Shown: piece after piece, positions 14,381-26,090 of the stretch | Layout of the letters: every line of letters starts with the position of its first letter | Position numbering within the stretch: the first letter of the stretch is position 1 | NCBI GenBank assembly: GCA_002269645.1 | Contig: NIVC01000166.1 | Span: 567,490 to 631,489 of the forward strand | DNA length: 64,000 bases | Reading direction: 5' to 3' | Source: Macrostomum lignano | Taxonomy: Eukaryota | Notes under the pieces: generated by a model | Databases searched by the model: none | Seen by the model: the letters and a program-made list of their open reading frames with translations, nothing else | Told to the model about the DNA's origin: nothing | Translations under genes and position numbers: made by a program

Positions 14381-15878
14381 TAGACATGTTTAGACAGACT
14401 CATTTTGTGTATCTTATCTTATCTTAATATCTTATCTTATCTTAATCTTACCCTAGTTGATAAGATTAATGCTTATCTCATATCTGAATTTAACACAAAT
14501 TTATTCCATTTTTTTCAAACCTCTATCCTAAATATTAAAAGTTTTTGTTTGAGTAGGCCTATGACTTCAGGTTTTAGAATACAAACAAAAATAGTTCTGG
14601 GGATCAGAATTCCACAGGTTCAAATTTCATGGGTTTCAATAGCTTGTTTCTCAATATACTAAATCTGATATGTTGTTTCTCTATTTGTTCAATAACTCCT
14701 CCTAAAATACTAGCAAGTCAATGTTGAAGCTTTCTAACTATATAAATGAAAACTCCATCTGTCTGTCTTTATGTCTGTGTATATACAATATTAATTGCTA
14801 TGGACTCCCAAACCATTCTACCAAATTATACCAAATTTTGTACCCACCATAAACTCAATACAGAGAATGTCTTAGGCTACCTAAAAAGTTCCAAAACTCA
14901 AGTCTTTAGAACTTCCTAAAAGTGCAAAAAACTGCTCAAAATGTGCATTTTTTCACTAAATCTTCCATAGTGCCAATCCACTTCTACCAATCCTCTTCAA
15001 ATTTGACAAAAACAATCTTCAACTATTTTGACACAATTGTGTAAAATTTTGAGTCTCAAAGTTATTCCTGAATGGCATTGTGCACTTTTAAAGTTAGTCT
15101 GTTTTTTCAGCATAGCAACCACCCTAACTATTACTTCTTTCTCTTTTCCTTATCTGGCCAGATGTGGAAAGGGGGTTTCAAAATTGACTAAATTTGGCTA
15201 TAATAAGTTTGCTCCACATGAAGAGATTGACTTCAAACTTTATGCAATTTTTTATTGACTCTTTCTTTATCTAAATATAAAATTTCAATTTTGTAACACA
15301 ATCAGAACAGAAACTGTAAGCATGTGAAGTTTGTTTGCTTTTTCTGCTGTTTGTGCCACTCACTCACTCATTCCTCTAGAGCCAGACCAAGGGTCAGGTG
15401 ATAGGGCTGAATGTATATAGCAAATGTACAGTGTTTTGGAATAGCTTTATTTATAGCATTCTATGTACCCCCATGGAGAGGCTCTATTTAGCCATAACAG
15501 TTTAGTGAGAAATTCTAACCACTGCCCTCTATATAGGCAAACTATGCAGCAGTTTTAATAGCAGATAGCAATCTGCAAATCAAAGCAATCCAACATGGTT
15601 TGTTAAAGCAAAAGATTTATGAAAAGGGGATGCAATGCAATACAACCCTACTAAATTAGTTACACCATAAAAATTTTAAGTTTCTCGTAAAAGTACTTTA
15701 AAATTTAAATAGCCTCCTAAAAATGCATATTTCCTTGGTTGTTAGACTGATGCAGAATGCAGTGAGAGCTAAATATATACAAATTTCTTTCAGGGCTACA
15801 AATTGGCAAGAAAGATGACGTGATCAAAGCATAAGAACAACAATGAGAGTAATATGTCCCACAAATTAGCTTTGTAAG

Positions 15879-16945
15879 CAGGGATAGGCAGACTTTTACC
15901 TCAAAGCTAGATAAAGAATCCAGTTCATGCCTCATGGCTATAGGCTAGATAAGACTAAGTGGAAAGAAGAGAAAATATACAATTAGAAAAGGGAAGGAGG
16001 AAAGGCAAGATAGGGGATAGGAGAATGGATAGAAGATAAAATGAGAAAAAAAGGAGGTAAGTAGAGAGAGGGGAAAGTAAAGCAAGAAGAGAGGGGAGGA
16101 TTGAAAGAGCAAAAGAAGGGAAAAAGGAGGGGAGAGAGGAGAGAGAAGAGAGGAAAGACAAAGAGAGAGAGAAGTGCAAGAATAAAGAGAGAAAAGGGAG
16201 AGAATCATGAGGAGAAAGGAGAGAGGGGGAAAGAGAGAGAGAGGAAAGGGAAAAAAGAGTTATGAGAGCAGAGAGATGACAGAAAAGATAAGAGAGTAAA
16301 GGGAAGAGAGAAGAGATAAGGTTGTAGAGATGAAAGAAATGAAAGGTGAGATGAAAAATGAGAGATAAAAGATAAAAAAGAGGAGAGTAAAGAGAAGAGG
16401 AGATAGAATAAAGAGAAAGAGTATAGAAGAGGAAAGAGAAGAGAAGAGAGGAGAAAGGAAAGAAAGGGGTCAAGAGGGGAAGAAGAAGGAAGATAAGAAC
16501 AGAGACAAGAGTGAACAGAAAGAAAGGGAAAGGGAAAGAGGAGAGAGCAAAGGAGAGGAGAATAGAGAGGGGAGAAACTAGAGAGAAGAGATAGGAGCAC
16601 AGAGAGCAGAGAGATGAGAGGTGAGATTAGAGAGAAGAGAGAAGAGGGGAGAGAGGGGACAGAAGAGAAGAAGGGAGAGAAGAGAAAAAATAAGAGAGCA
16701 GAGAAGAAATTGGAGAAAGCAAAGAGAAGACAGAGAGGAGAGAAGAGAGAGGAAAGATGAGAGGAGATAAGATAATAAAAATTTGAGAGCAGAGACAAGA
16801 TACAAAAGAGGAAAAGAAGAGGGGGGAATAGAGGAAAGATAAGAAATGAGAAGAGAGGAAGCAAAATAAGTTTCAAATGATCCAAGGGATATTATATAGA
16901 GAAAGCAGATTCAAAGGCTAGAATTTGCCACTATATGTTTTTAAT
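15879..16945. mobile_element. Decayed hAT-type MITE with expanded GA-rich core (duplicate)
   Basis: cagggataggcagacttttacctcaaagctag resembles cagggtcgacaaactttttacatcaagggccag. Core is ~930 bp purine-rich. Confidence 0.5.
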
Positions 16946-17378
16946 AGGCATTGGCTAACATTCTGGCAATGAGATCAATGCTTGCTTTCCTCAAATCTTA
17001 ATTTTATATGAATTTATTCCAATTTTGTTTATTTCCATCTATCTCCTAACTAGGCCCTATTAACAAGTTTTTTGTTTGAGTATGACTTCAGATTTTAGAA
17101 TACAAACAAAAATAGTTCTGGGGACTGGAATTCTATCAGTTCAAATTCCATGCATTTCAACAGCTTGTTATAATATATTCATTTATTAAATCCCTATGCA
17201 TAATAATATGTGATTTTATTTTTAGGACCTACTATTACTTCTATTATCTATGACTAAAAAAGTAACTCTAATTATAGCTCTAACTAGAATAGCCAAAAAA
17301 TTGCAACAAATCAATCAATAAGATCTGCAAAACTCTGAATAGTCAATCTAATAGACCTAAAATAGGCATATAATATAA

Positions 17379-18077
17379 GGCAGTGCTTATTCCCATGGTA
17401 CTGTAGGAATAATTTCTGTCTTATTCCAACGATACCTTGGGGATAATTTTCTACTTATCCGCACGGCACACTGACGAGATAGCTGCACCCCCCATCTTTT
17501 ACATATGCCGTGGGAATAAATGAAGTGTCTTCATCTATAGTCCAATTTATTTTAATGTGTAGCGCTGCAGGGCGGTGCGGGGCGTGTTTTAGGGAGACCC
17601 ATAATTTAGTTTAGTACTTACGGTTTAAGTGCAGTATAACAACATAACTTTGCTTGGCCATTAGTTTTATAGAAGTAAAGATTTAATTGCCTTTTTATGC
17701 AAAAAAACTTTTTTTGTATTTATGACATATGATTTAAGGTACATTGCTCTAGTAATTGTTTATAATTTGAATTTTTAGCAAAGTATAATCCTGAGATCAT
17801 ACCGAAAAGTGCATTGCCGCTTCTGTTGTAGACTTCTACTAGACATGTAAATTAGCAATTTGTTTGTATAGATATATGCAATTGCATTGCTTCAATAATT
17901 TGCCCTATCTCATCAGTGTGCCATGCAGATAAGCAGAAAATTATTCCCACGGCATATGTAGAAGATGGGATAGCTATCTCGTCAGTGTGCCGTGCAGATA
18001 AGTAGAAAATTATTCCCACGGTACCATTGGAATAAGACAGAAATTATTCCTACGGTACCGTGGGGATAAGCACTGCC
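17379..18077. mobile_element. Non-autonomous DNA transposon with ~140-bp TIRs and 9-bp TSD (Mutator-like; Merlin possible)
   Basis: Ends GGCAGTGCTTAT...ATAAGCACTGCC. ATAATATAA is duplicated at 17370-17378 and 18078-18086. Confidence 0.85.
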
Positions 18078-19309
18078 ATAATATAAAGCCATTAAAGGGT
18101 ACTCCAGAAGAACAATTTTTGCTATATTTTCCAACACTTATTGTCTCCAATTTATATTGTCTCTTTAAGTAGATATTAAAATTGGTTATATTTGTTATAT
18201 TTATATTAAAATAAAATTTGTTTTTTTGTCTGAGGAGTGAGGACTAGACTAGAGCAGCTGGGCAACAATAAAAAAGATACAGCTCTACACTTACCGAAAA
18301 GGGGCTATTTCTGGATGGGTCAGCAAACGGATTATCAAAATCTGACATTTTAATTTAGATTACTGCCTCAAATGCTTAACCCTAAATAGCGATAGTTGAC
18401 AACAGCGTCCTACACTACTCGGGTCGGGTGTAAACAACAATGTCTTCGTTTTGACAGATTTTTGCAACCTGGTTTCTAGGAAAGGTTATTTTGAAGTCCC
18501 GCGTTAACTAATAGCCTATATAGGCTTAAAATCCCCAGTATGGTTAAAAAACCTTATTGATTTAAACACTGTATCAGTATGAGGTTTAACAACCCGTGTT
18601 CAGCAGTTAAAATTTAAATCTAACATAATTTGAAGTGCAATTTTAAATCCAATACTCGATCATAAAGGCCTTTTTATATTGCTTGTTCTAGAACCAGATC
18701 CATTTTGTAAATGTAAGGAAAATATAACTTTTCGTCTCCTGAATCAAAGGGATATACCTGCGATCAAGTTGTAATCATTAAATGGCAATAGCCAAGAAAT
18801 TAAGAAAAAGATGAAAACTTGTGCAAAGTGAAGCTGTTAAGGCAGTCAAGCATTCAACAAATTTAAATAGTTATACTGCTTTTTTCTTGGAAGATCCGAA
18901 CCAATTCTGGCTTTGGAATCGCTAATAAATAGGCTTCTCATATTTCCAGAACCAGAATAACGATGTTTGACTTTGCTACACCATAAATTGGTTGCAAAAT
19001 AGTTGTTTCATGTTTGTTAGAATCTGTTGTGTTGCAGAAACTCCAGACTTGCAGCAAAATTCTCCCTGCCCAGTTTTAAGTTGCTATTATGTCTCCTATA
19101 CTAAATTTAATAATATATATGATTTAATTTTTATTACCAATAAGTCTAACAAATATGAATTTTCTTTGCATATTTTATTTTTGGCTTTCTGCTAAGCTGA
19201 CAGACTGGCAAGTGACAATTATCAAGTCCTTTGTAAATTAGCCTACTTTAAAATTTATTTTAAACTTTTTGACTTGTTGAATTAGTGCATGCATAGGCTG
19301 GAACATATA

Positions 19310-20314
19310 TCGCTTTTGACACTCTAGATAAGACTTTAGACATTCAAAATAAGACTGCATAGGATCGCAAGCAAGGCCAGGCTAGCCACAGCCAGAGCAA
19401 GCCCAGTCTTGGCTGCAGGAATGGCTTGGCCATAGACTAAAAAATGGAATATCAAAATGAAAATAAGATGCTCAATATGAGACTGGGAGTGAATGTAATT
19501 TATTTGCTTTTTGGCAGTCATTGTCAGCCTTGCAATTTTCTTCTCTCTGACTGCCACGAGGTAGGGATTCAACTCTGCCATGGAGGCGGAACTCCGTAGC
19601 GATCCTAAAGGTGGACACTCTCTTGATCTTGAGAATTTGAGTGGCAGCTAGGATGGTTGATCTATTGTTTACTGCGTCGATCAGACGCTGACAGTCTGCT
19701 GCAGGAATCGATGGTGCCATTACAGTGAAATCCAAGGGGTCAGATGCAACTCAACCCTATTGCAGCCAAGGTCTGAACCGCGCCGGATGCCCCCCTTTCC
19801 CGCACCAGACATCTACCCATACCGCGCCAGGGCCAGTCCCCAGGATCAGTCATTTGGTTCAATTAGTCAGTCAATGGCTCGCATAAATCGACGTTGACCC
19901 GGCCCTTTGTTGCCACTAGTCGCCGAAGCACCTGCTTTGTTGCCACCATACGCCACGCCACCGCACGCCGCCACCACGCGCTGCGCCGCCGCTGCGCGCC
20001 ATGCCGCCGCCAGGCCAATCTGCGCCAGACGCCGTCTACGAAAATGGCCATTGGCTGCAATAGGGCAACTCAAGGGGTGAAGAAGGAGAGCTGGCTGAAG
20101 GTCAGAGGGTTAGAGCGATATCTGAAGGCTTTCACACTCAGTCTCATATTGAGCGTCTTATTCTCATTTTGATATTCCATTTTTTAGTCTATGGCCAAGC
20201 CATTCCTGCAGCCAAGACTGGGCATGCTCTGGCCGTGGCTAGCCTGGCCTTGCTTGCGATCCTATGCAGTCTTATTTTGAATGTCTAAAGTCTTATCTAG
20301 AGTGTCAAAAGCGA
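19310..20314 (-). mobile_element. Tc1/IS630-type deletion derivative with ~185-bp TIRs, TA TSD and a residual HTH ORF
   Basis: TA|TCGCTTTTGACACTC...GAGTGTCAAAAGCGA|TA. Minus ORF MAPSIPAADCQRLIDAVNNRSTILAATQILKIKRVSTFRIATEFRLHGRVESLPRGSQR resembles a transposase N-terminal HTH. Confidence 0.8.
19755..20065. mobile_element. 311-bp MITE nested in the Tc1-like element
   Basis: Perfect 15-bp TIR CCCTATTGCAGCCAA/TTGGCTGCAATAGGG. 8-bp TSD CAACTCAA at 19747-19754 and 20066-20073. Confidence 0.9.
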
Positions 20315-21364
20315 TACTAATAACAAGTAAATGGCTTATGCCTTAAAATTTGTTATTACTGCTCAAAATAGTTTGTAGATTAATTTCCCAGTGTCAAAAA
20401 ATTTAATGAATAAAACTTGACAATTACCAAGTTTTAGGGCCTAATGGTAAATATTATAACCATATATTATACATTTTTATGGGCCTATTATTAATGATTT
20501 AGTGTTTACAGACTTATGCTAGCAGTTGTTAGGCCTAGCATTAGCAATTAGGGTCCACAAAGTTCAGCTGGTGGCTTACCTGGTTTTTTTCACCAGAGAC
20601 AAGGTGCAAATTTGCACTTTGTGTCAAATTTCAAGGTGTGATTTTAAGGCTCAAACTGCAATTTCTCTTATATAAGGCTATAGCTATAGGCTAAGGCTAA
20701 GGCTATGCAAGTTAAGGAGTTATTAACTTATTTCATTTCATATTTTAAGGTAGTGCATGAAAATTGGCTTAAGCATTGTTAAGCTTAAGCCTTTAAAGAA
20801 AAAATGGTTATAAGACCACACCTAAATCGTACCTACTTTTTAATTTCAGGATGCAATTTTTAAATTAAATGTGCATATGCACACTCTATGCACAAAAAAC
20901 CTAGTGGCTTACTATCAAATGGTTAGGCAGCTAGTTATATGCCTACTAGAAAACAAGTAAGGCAAGAAATGTCTTGGAATCCCAGTCCCTCCTATCCTAG
21001 TGCCTTTAAAAAAACAAAGATCAATTGTAGGTTTAGGCTTTTGGCCATAGACATAGCCAATAGCTATTTTAAACTAGTGCCATAGACAAATACATGAAAT
21101 TAATACATTGCCATATCATAAACTTATGTAAGTTTTAATATTTATCTACAGATTAATAATTGAGGAAATTGTTATTTCTTATAAAATTAAAATAATTCAA
21201 CATGCAAAACTAGAAGATTGTCTATAGGCCCTATTTTGATAGGTAGAGACTCTAGTTAGTAGAGTTTTACTTTACTACAAACAATTTTTTCCTATATCAT
21301 ATATGCCATATTTATATCTATAGCCATATCCCATAGCCTATCCATTCCACATCTCTATCATCAT

Positions 21365-21560
21365 CACAATATACTAAATCTCTAAGATCTTTCTGTCTGT
21401 CTGACCAGTATTCCAGTCCACAGCCTGAATGCCTGAACCGATTTTTTTCAAACTTGCTTCATTCAATTGCAAATTCTTGTGAGATTGTATAGGTGTAATT
21501 GCATTTAAAAAATTAGAATGGGAAGATGGTTAAATAACAAAAAAAGAGTTTTATCTATGC
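21365..21560 (+). mobile_element. Possible non-autonomous Helitron/Helentron remnant
   Basis: atactaaat...ctgtctgtctg...tgaaccgattttttcaaacttg resembles the 5' part of invertebrate non-autonomous Helitrons. Similar decayed motifs at ~14735 and ~23670. Confidence 0.35.
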
Positions 21561-24379
21561 TTCCAATGGGAGGCTAGAAAAGGTCAAAATCTCAACTAAC
21601 TGAATAGCAATTCCAATTAAGATTGCGCCACAACTTTTCTCTATTCACTGTGTAGGCCCCAATACTGGCTGTAGTGTGCAAGGGGGAGGAGAATGCTCAG
21701 TGGCTGCGTGTGTACATTCTGACCCTAGCTGATTGGTAGACTGCATAGAGAATTGCTATTTATAGATTTCACTCAACTATGCATTGGCTCTGCCTGCATA
21801 CAACCTGTGCACACTAAACAGCCTATCACTGCTATATATTTGACTGCAGTGCCAAAGCATATATAGCTGATTTTTGCACCTTCCAATCAGAAAGTGGAGT
21901 AGTCGCAGTGTAGGCACTAGGACTAGGTTTAGGCTAGGCATAAGGTCCAAGGTTCGACTCTGCCTCTTTGGTGGATGATTAAAATTAAATTAATTAATTC
22001 ATTTATAGCTTCCCATCAACTAATTGGAATATTTTTGTTGAATTTGCAAGGCACACCTAATGAATAATTTTTGCCATATACAAAATTATTCAAATTCACT
22101 AAGCAAATTTAATTTGTAAAAAACTGCTTCAAGCAATACTTATTGCATCAATGGGTATTGCCTACTAGCTCCATGAAAGTATAAAATTGCTAAGCTGCTA
22201 AATTTATAAGGCTGAATTGGGAAAAAACTGCCAATATATATCAAAAATTGATTAGTGGACTGTAATAAATGCTGAGAAAAAATTAAGATTCTTCAAAGGA
22301 TCCTTTATTTCAGTTTGCTAAGTATACCGAAAAGCCCGCCAAGAGGAGAACTGCAGATTGCTGAGGGGAACTGCAGATTGGCAAAAGAATCATTCATGCA
22401 GACTGCAAAGGGGACAAACTGAAAACTGCTTAGGTAGTTCTTCCAGACTTATAAGGCTATAGCTGCAAATTGCTGAGGGGGACTGCTTGGAAGATTGGTA
22501 GACTTCTGAGCTGTTGTTTGCTGAGGGGACAGTTCTAGGCAGTTGCTAAGGAGATAAATGCTTAATAATTGTTATAAACTTCAAGGGGATAACTCCAAGC
22601 TGCTAAGATAATGACTGCAGTCTGTTTTGTAAGATTAGAAGGGTTGTTGTGGGGATATCTTAGGAATTGCTAAGATGTAATAGCTTTTTGGGGCAATTTC
22701 TGAGATTTTAAGGCCCATGGAGCATTGTTGATATGCTATGTCTTACTGGAAGAATTGCTTGAATTGAGGTTTCAAAGGCTCATGAGGGGAAGTGTTGAGA
22801 TTACAAGGCTGAAGGGGGGAAATGCTGCAATTGCTTTCTTTTGGGGGGGTGCTTGCTATTTAGGAATGAAGGTATTGCTTAACGCTGATTTGTGCAGACT
22901 GCCAATATGTATCGAAAAGTAGTGAACCAATTAGTGAACTGTACTAAATTGTTAGCAAATTTTTATTGTAGAAAATATCATTGCAGTTTGCTAAGCAGGA
23001 GACTGAGAAGCTGGCCAACAGGAAAACTGCAGATTGTCAATAAGGATAATTCATGCAGACTGCAAAGGGGACAAACTGCTAAGGTAGTTTCTCTAGACAT
23101 AAAGATCATATCATCTGAACAATCATCATAGATATAAATATGTGAGATGTACAGACGGAGTTCCTCCAGACCATATTCAGAATGGCTAAATTGTTGAGAT
23201 ATCAAGGCTCATTGGGGGTGGCTGAATTTTTGGGGGGAGGGGGTTAGGTTGTTGAGCAATTATCAGATCGTCAAGTAGTACGGCTCAAGTAGATCATTTA
23301 ATTTGATAATGGAATAGTAAACAAAAATAATGCTTATTTCTGCTAATAGGAAATAAAGGAAATCAGGGATTGGCATATTGAGCTCCTACTGTGGACCAGA
23401 ATATGCCCAAGCCAATGAAGATATGCACTAAGAGTTTGTGTTTAAAAGGATAAGCACTATTTGCTGATTGAAAAAGAGTTTTAGGCTGATGAAGGAAACA
23501 TTTTAGGCTGGTAAAAGTTTTGATTCATGGTAATTTATTTTTGTCAGTAAGCGAAAAAAATGTAACTTTTGATTAAAAGAAATAGAAATTAATGGTTATT
23601 CTTGGGTCAAAATAAAAACCACTTGATGTCAATTTTAAGGCCCCTAGTGGGGGGCTAAATGGCTAGTCATATACTAAAACTGATGTTTTATTTGTCTATG
23701 TATATATGTGTATATGTTCAATAAGTCCTCCTAAGCTACTTGTAAGTCAATAGTAAAACTTATCTAGGAAAACTGCAAATTAACTAGAATAAAGCTTTAT
23801 TTTTAGGCTATTTAATCTTTCATTTTCACATTTTTTCTCTAAGATCTCTAAAAAAGTAGAAAACTGTTTTCTTAACCTTCTTTGGCCCTATTACTATGGC
23901 TACTCTGCTTATCCAATAAAGGGGTTATAGTATGTTTGTAAAAAAGCCACCCCAACCTCCACCCATGGGTTGCTGTGTATTGGAGGGTGAGTGAACATAT
24001 TCCACGTTCAAGGCAAATAACTTTAGCTCTCATGTTGGGGGCAAAATTAAATTTAATGATTCTTCTAGAACAAAGAGAGGGTTGGGCTTGGGCTAGGTAT
24101 ACATATAGTAGCAATTGTATATACAGTGTAAACAGATAAATAGGACTGTCTTGAGATTCAATTGGTTTTATTATCGGTACCTTTCAATAGGCAGGCTTGT
24201 GTATTAGCTAGGCAGTGAAACTCCCTATTGCAGTACATAGATTAGGTGTGTCAGACGCCTACCCTAATTGTGCCACAGTGGCACCCAAGGAAGGATGATG
24301 GACAGACCAGGGGGGGGGAGTGGGGCTCCTACTGCTTTGCCACGCCATGCTGCATGCTTGATTAAGGGCTGATTAAGTG

Positions 24380-24620
24380 TTCCTGTTGCCTCCCACTGCT
24401 TTGCCATGTTGCACTGCGCCTGCCACTGCTTTGTCATGCCGCATAGCATCTCTTGCTGCTTTGCCATGCCACACTGCACCTCCTACCACTTTGCCATGCC
24501 ATGTTGCCTCCTGCTGCTTTGCCATGCTGCGCCATGCCTTCCACTGCTATGCCACGCCATGCCGCACTTCCTGGCAGTCAGCACCTCCTACTGCTTTGCC
24601 ATGCTACGCCGTACCATTTA
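24380..24620. repeat. Degenerate CTGCTTTGCCATG repeat
   Basis: Recurrent ctgctttgccatgc units. Preceded at 24223 by ccctattgcag, similar to the 19755 MITE TIR. Confidence 0.6.
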
Positions 24621-25539
24621 AAGATTTTTTAAAAACTGATTTCAGAGATATAAATTGTTTCCTTTAAATGTGAAAACAGATAGCAAAACAGACAAAAAAT
24701 TCTACATACTTTCAAATTTCTGCACAGATTGTACTTATTTTTGCAATAGGTCAAATATAAAGTAAAATGATTCAATTTTTAACTGCCATTGTGCATTAGA
24801 AGGGGTGGGTCACTTTGTATTGGAGGGTTGACTTAGATTTCAGGACTATATTTTTAAAGTTATATTGAACTGAGACTAATACTTACTGACTAAAAAATCA
24901 ATTGAGCCGTCTATTATTCAATTAGTTTTATTATTGGCATCTTTCTATAGGCAGCTCTATGTTATCTTGGTAGTAAACTTCAATGAATACATTTTTGAGC
25001 CTTTTTAGCATGTAGTTAATGTATACTCACTACTTCAATGCTTTAAATTGGGAATTTTCAAATGTAAACTGTTCCCTGAAATTTAAACTTGGAAAGAAGA
25101 CTTAAATTGCTGGAGAGAGCTTGCAACACTAAGTTTGGGGATATAAGTTTCTTGCTTTAAACATGAAAATAGAAAGCACAACATTCAAGAAAAAATCTTT
25201 CTTTTAACTTTTTGACATGTTCTGCGTACAATGCAAATGAACCCCCTCTTATGTTGGGGGTAGCAGCGATAGGGCTTAGTATACACAGTGAATGACCAGT
25301 AGAGAGGCTATAGATAGCAATTAAATGAAGAATGATAAAATTTTAACCCTAACCCTAACCACTGATGCCTCTAACTTGAATATTTTAAGTATGGATTGCT
25401 TCTTTTGGATCCCAATTTAACAGTTTTGATGGATTGCAATTTCATGTAGATGTTGGGTTATTAAAGATGTCTAGATGTTGGGTATGATTAAATTGGTAAG
25501 TTGCAGCTTGACAGAGATAATATTGGTAGATTGCCATTG

Positions 25540-26090
25540 AACAGAGTGAATTTTTATAGAATTCAGTTTCATCAAAAGAATTTGATGAAGTTCTGTTTTA
25601 CAGAGAGGATTTTGATGGCTTTCAGTTTCACAAAGAGGATTTTTATGGATTTCTGTTTCACAAAGAGGATTTTGATAGATTTCTATTTCACAAAGAGGAT
25701 TTTAATAGATTTCTATTTCACGGAAAGGCTTTTGATGAATGTCTGACAGAGATGATTGCAATGCATTTCTGTTCTATGGAGAGGATTTTAATAGAGTTCT
25801 ATTTTGTAAAAAGGATTTTGATAGAGTCCTGTTTCACAAAAAGGATTTTAATAGAGTCCTGCTTCACAATGAGGATTTTGATAGAGTCTTGTTTCACAAA
25901 GTGGATTGTGATAGATTTCTGTCTCATAGATATTTTGATTAATATCTTTCATGGAGATGCTTTTGATGGTATTCTGTTTAACAAAGAGGCTTTTGATAGA
26001 GTTTTGTTCAATGGAAAAGACTTTGAAGTATTTCTGTTTCATGGAAATGATATTAATGAAGTCCAGTTTTATGGAGAGGATTTTGATAGA
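25540..26090. repeat. Degenerate ~30-bp minisatellite TTCTGTTTCACAAAGAGGATTTTGATAGAT
   Basis: Period of about 30 is visible. Confidence 0.8.

Larger units (their letters stand above)
12600..17200. repeat. Diverged tandem segmental duplication (units ~12.6-14.7 kb and ~15.0-17.2 kb)
   Basis: Colinear paired blocks: caattgtgtaaaattttgagtc (12681/15033), gtttagtgagaaattctaaccact (13131/15500), gacttcag(g/a)ttttagaatacaaacaaaaatagttctgggg (14563/17083). Confidence 0.85.

Noticed and set aside
13560-16885. Leu/Ser/Phe-rich 'membrane protein' ORFs on the minus strand
   Set aside because: Reverse-strand reading of GA-rich low-complexity tracts.
23900-23930. NPF codons on the minus strand as SCAMP exon 1
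   Set aside because: No upstream ATG context, and an in-frame stop follows (NPFIG*) without a donor.
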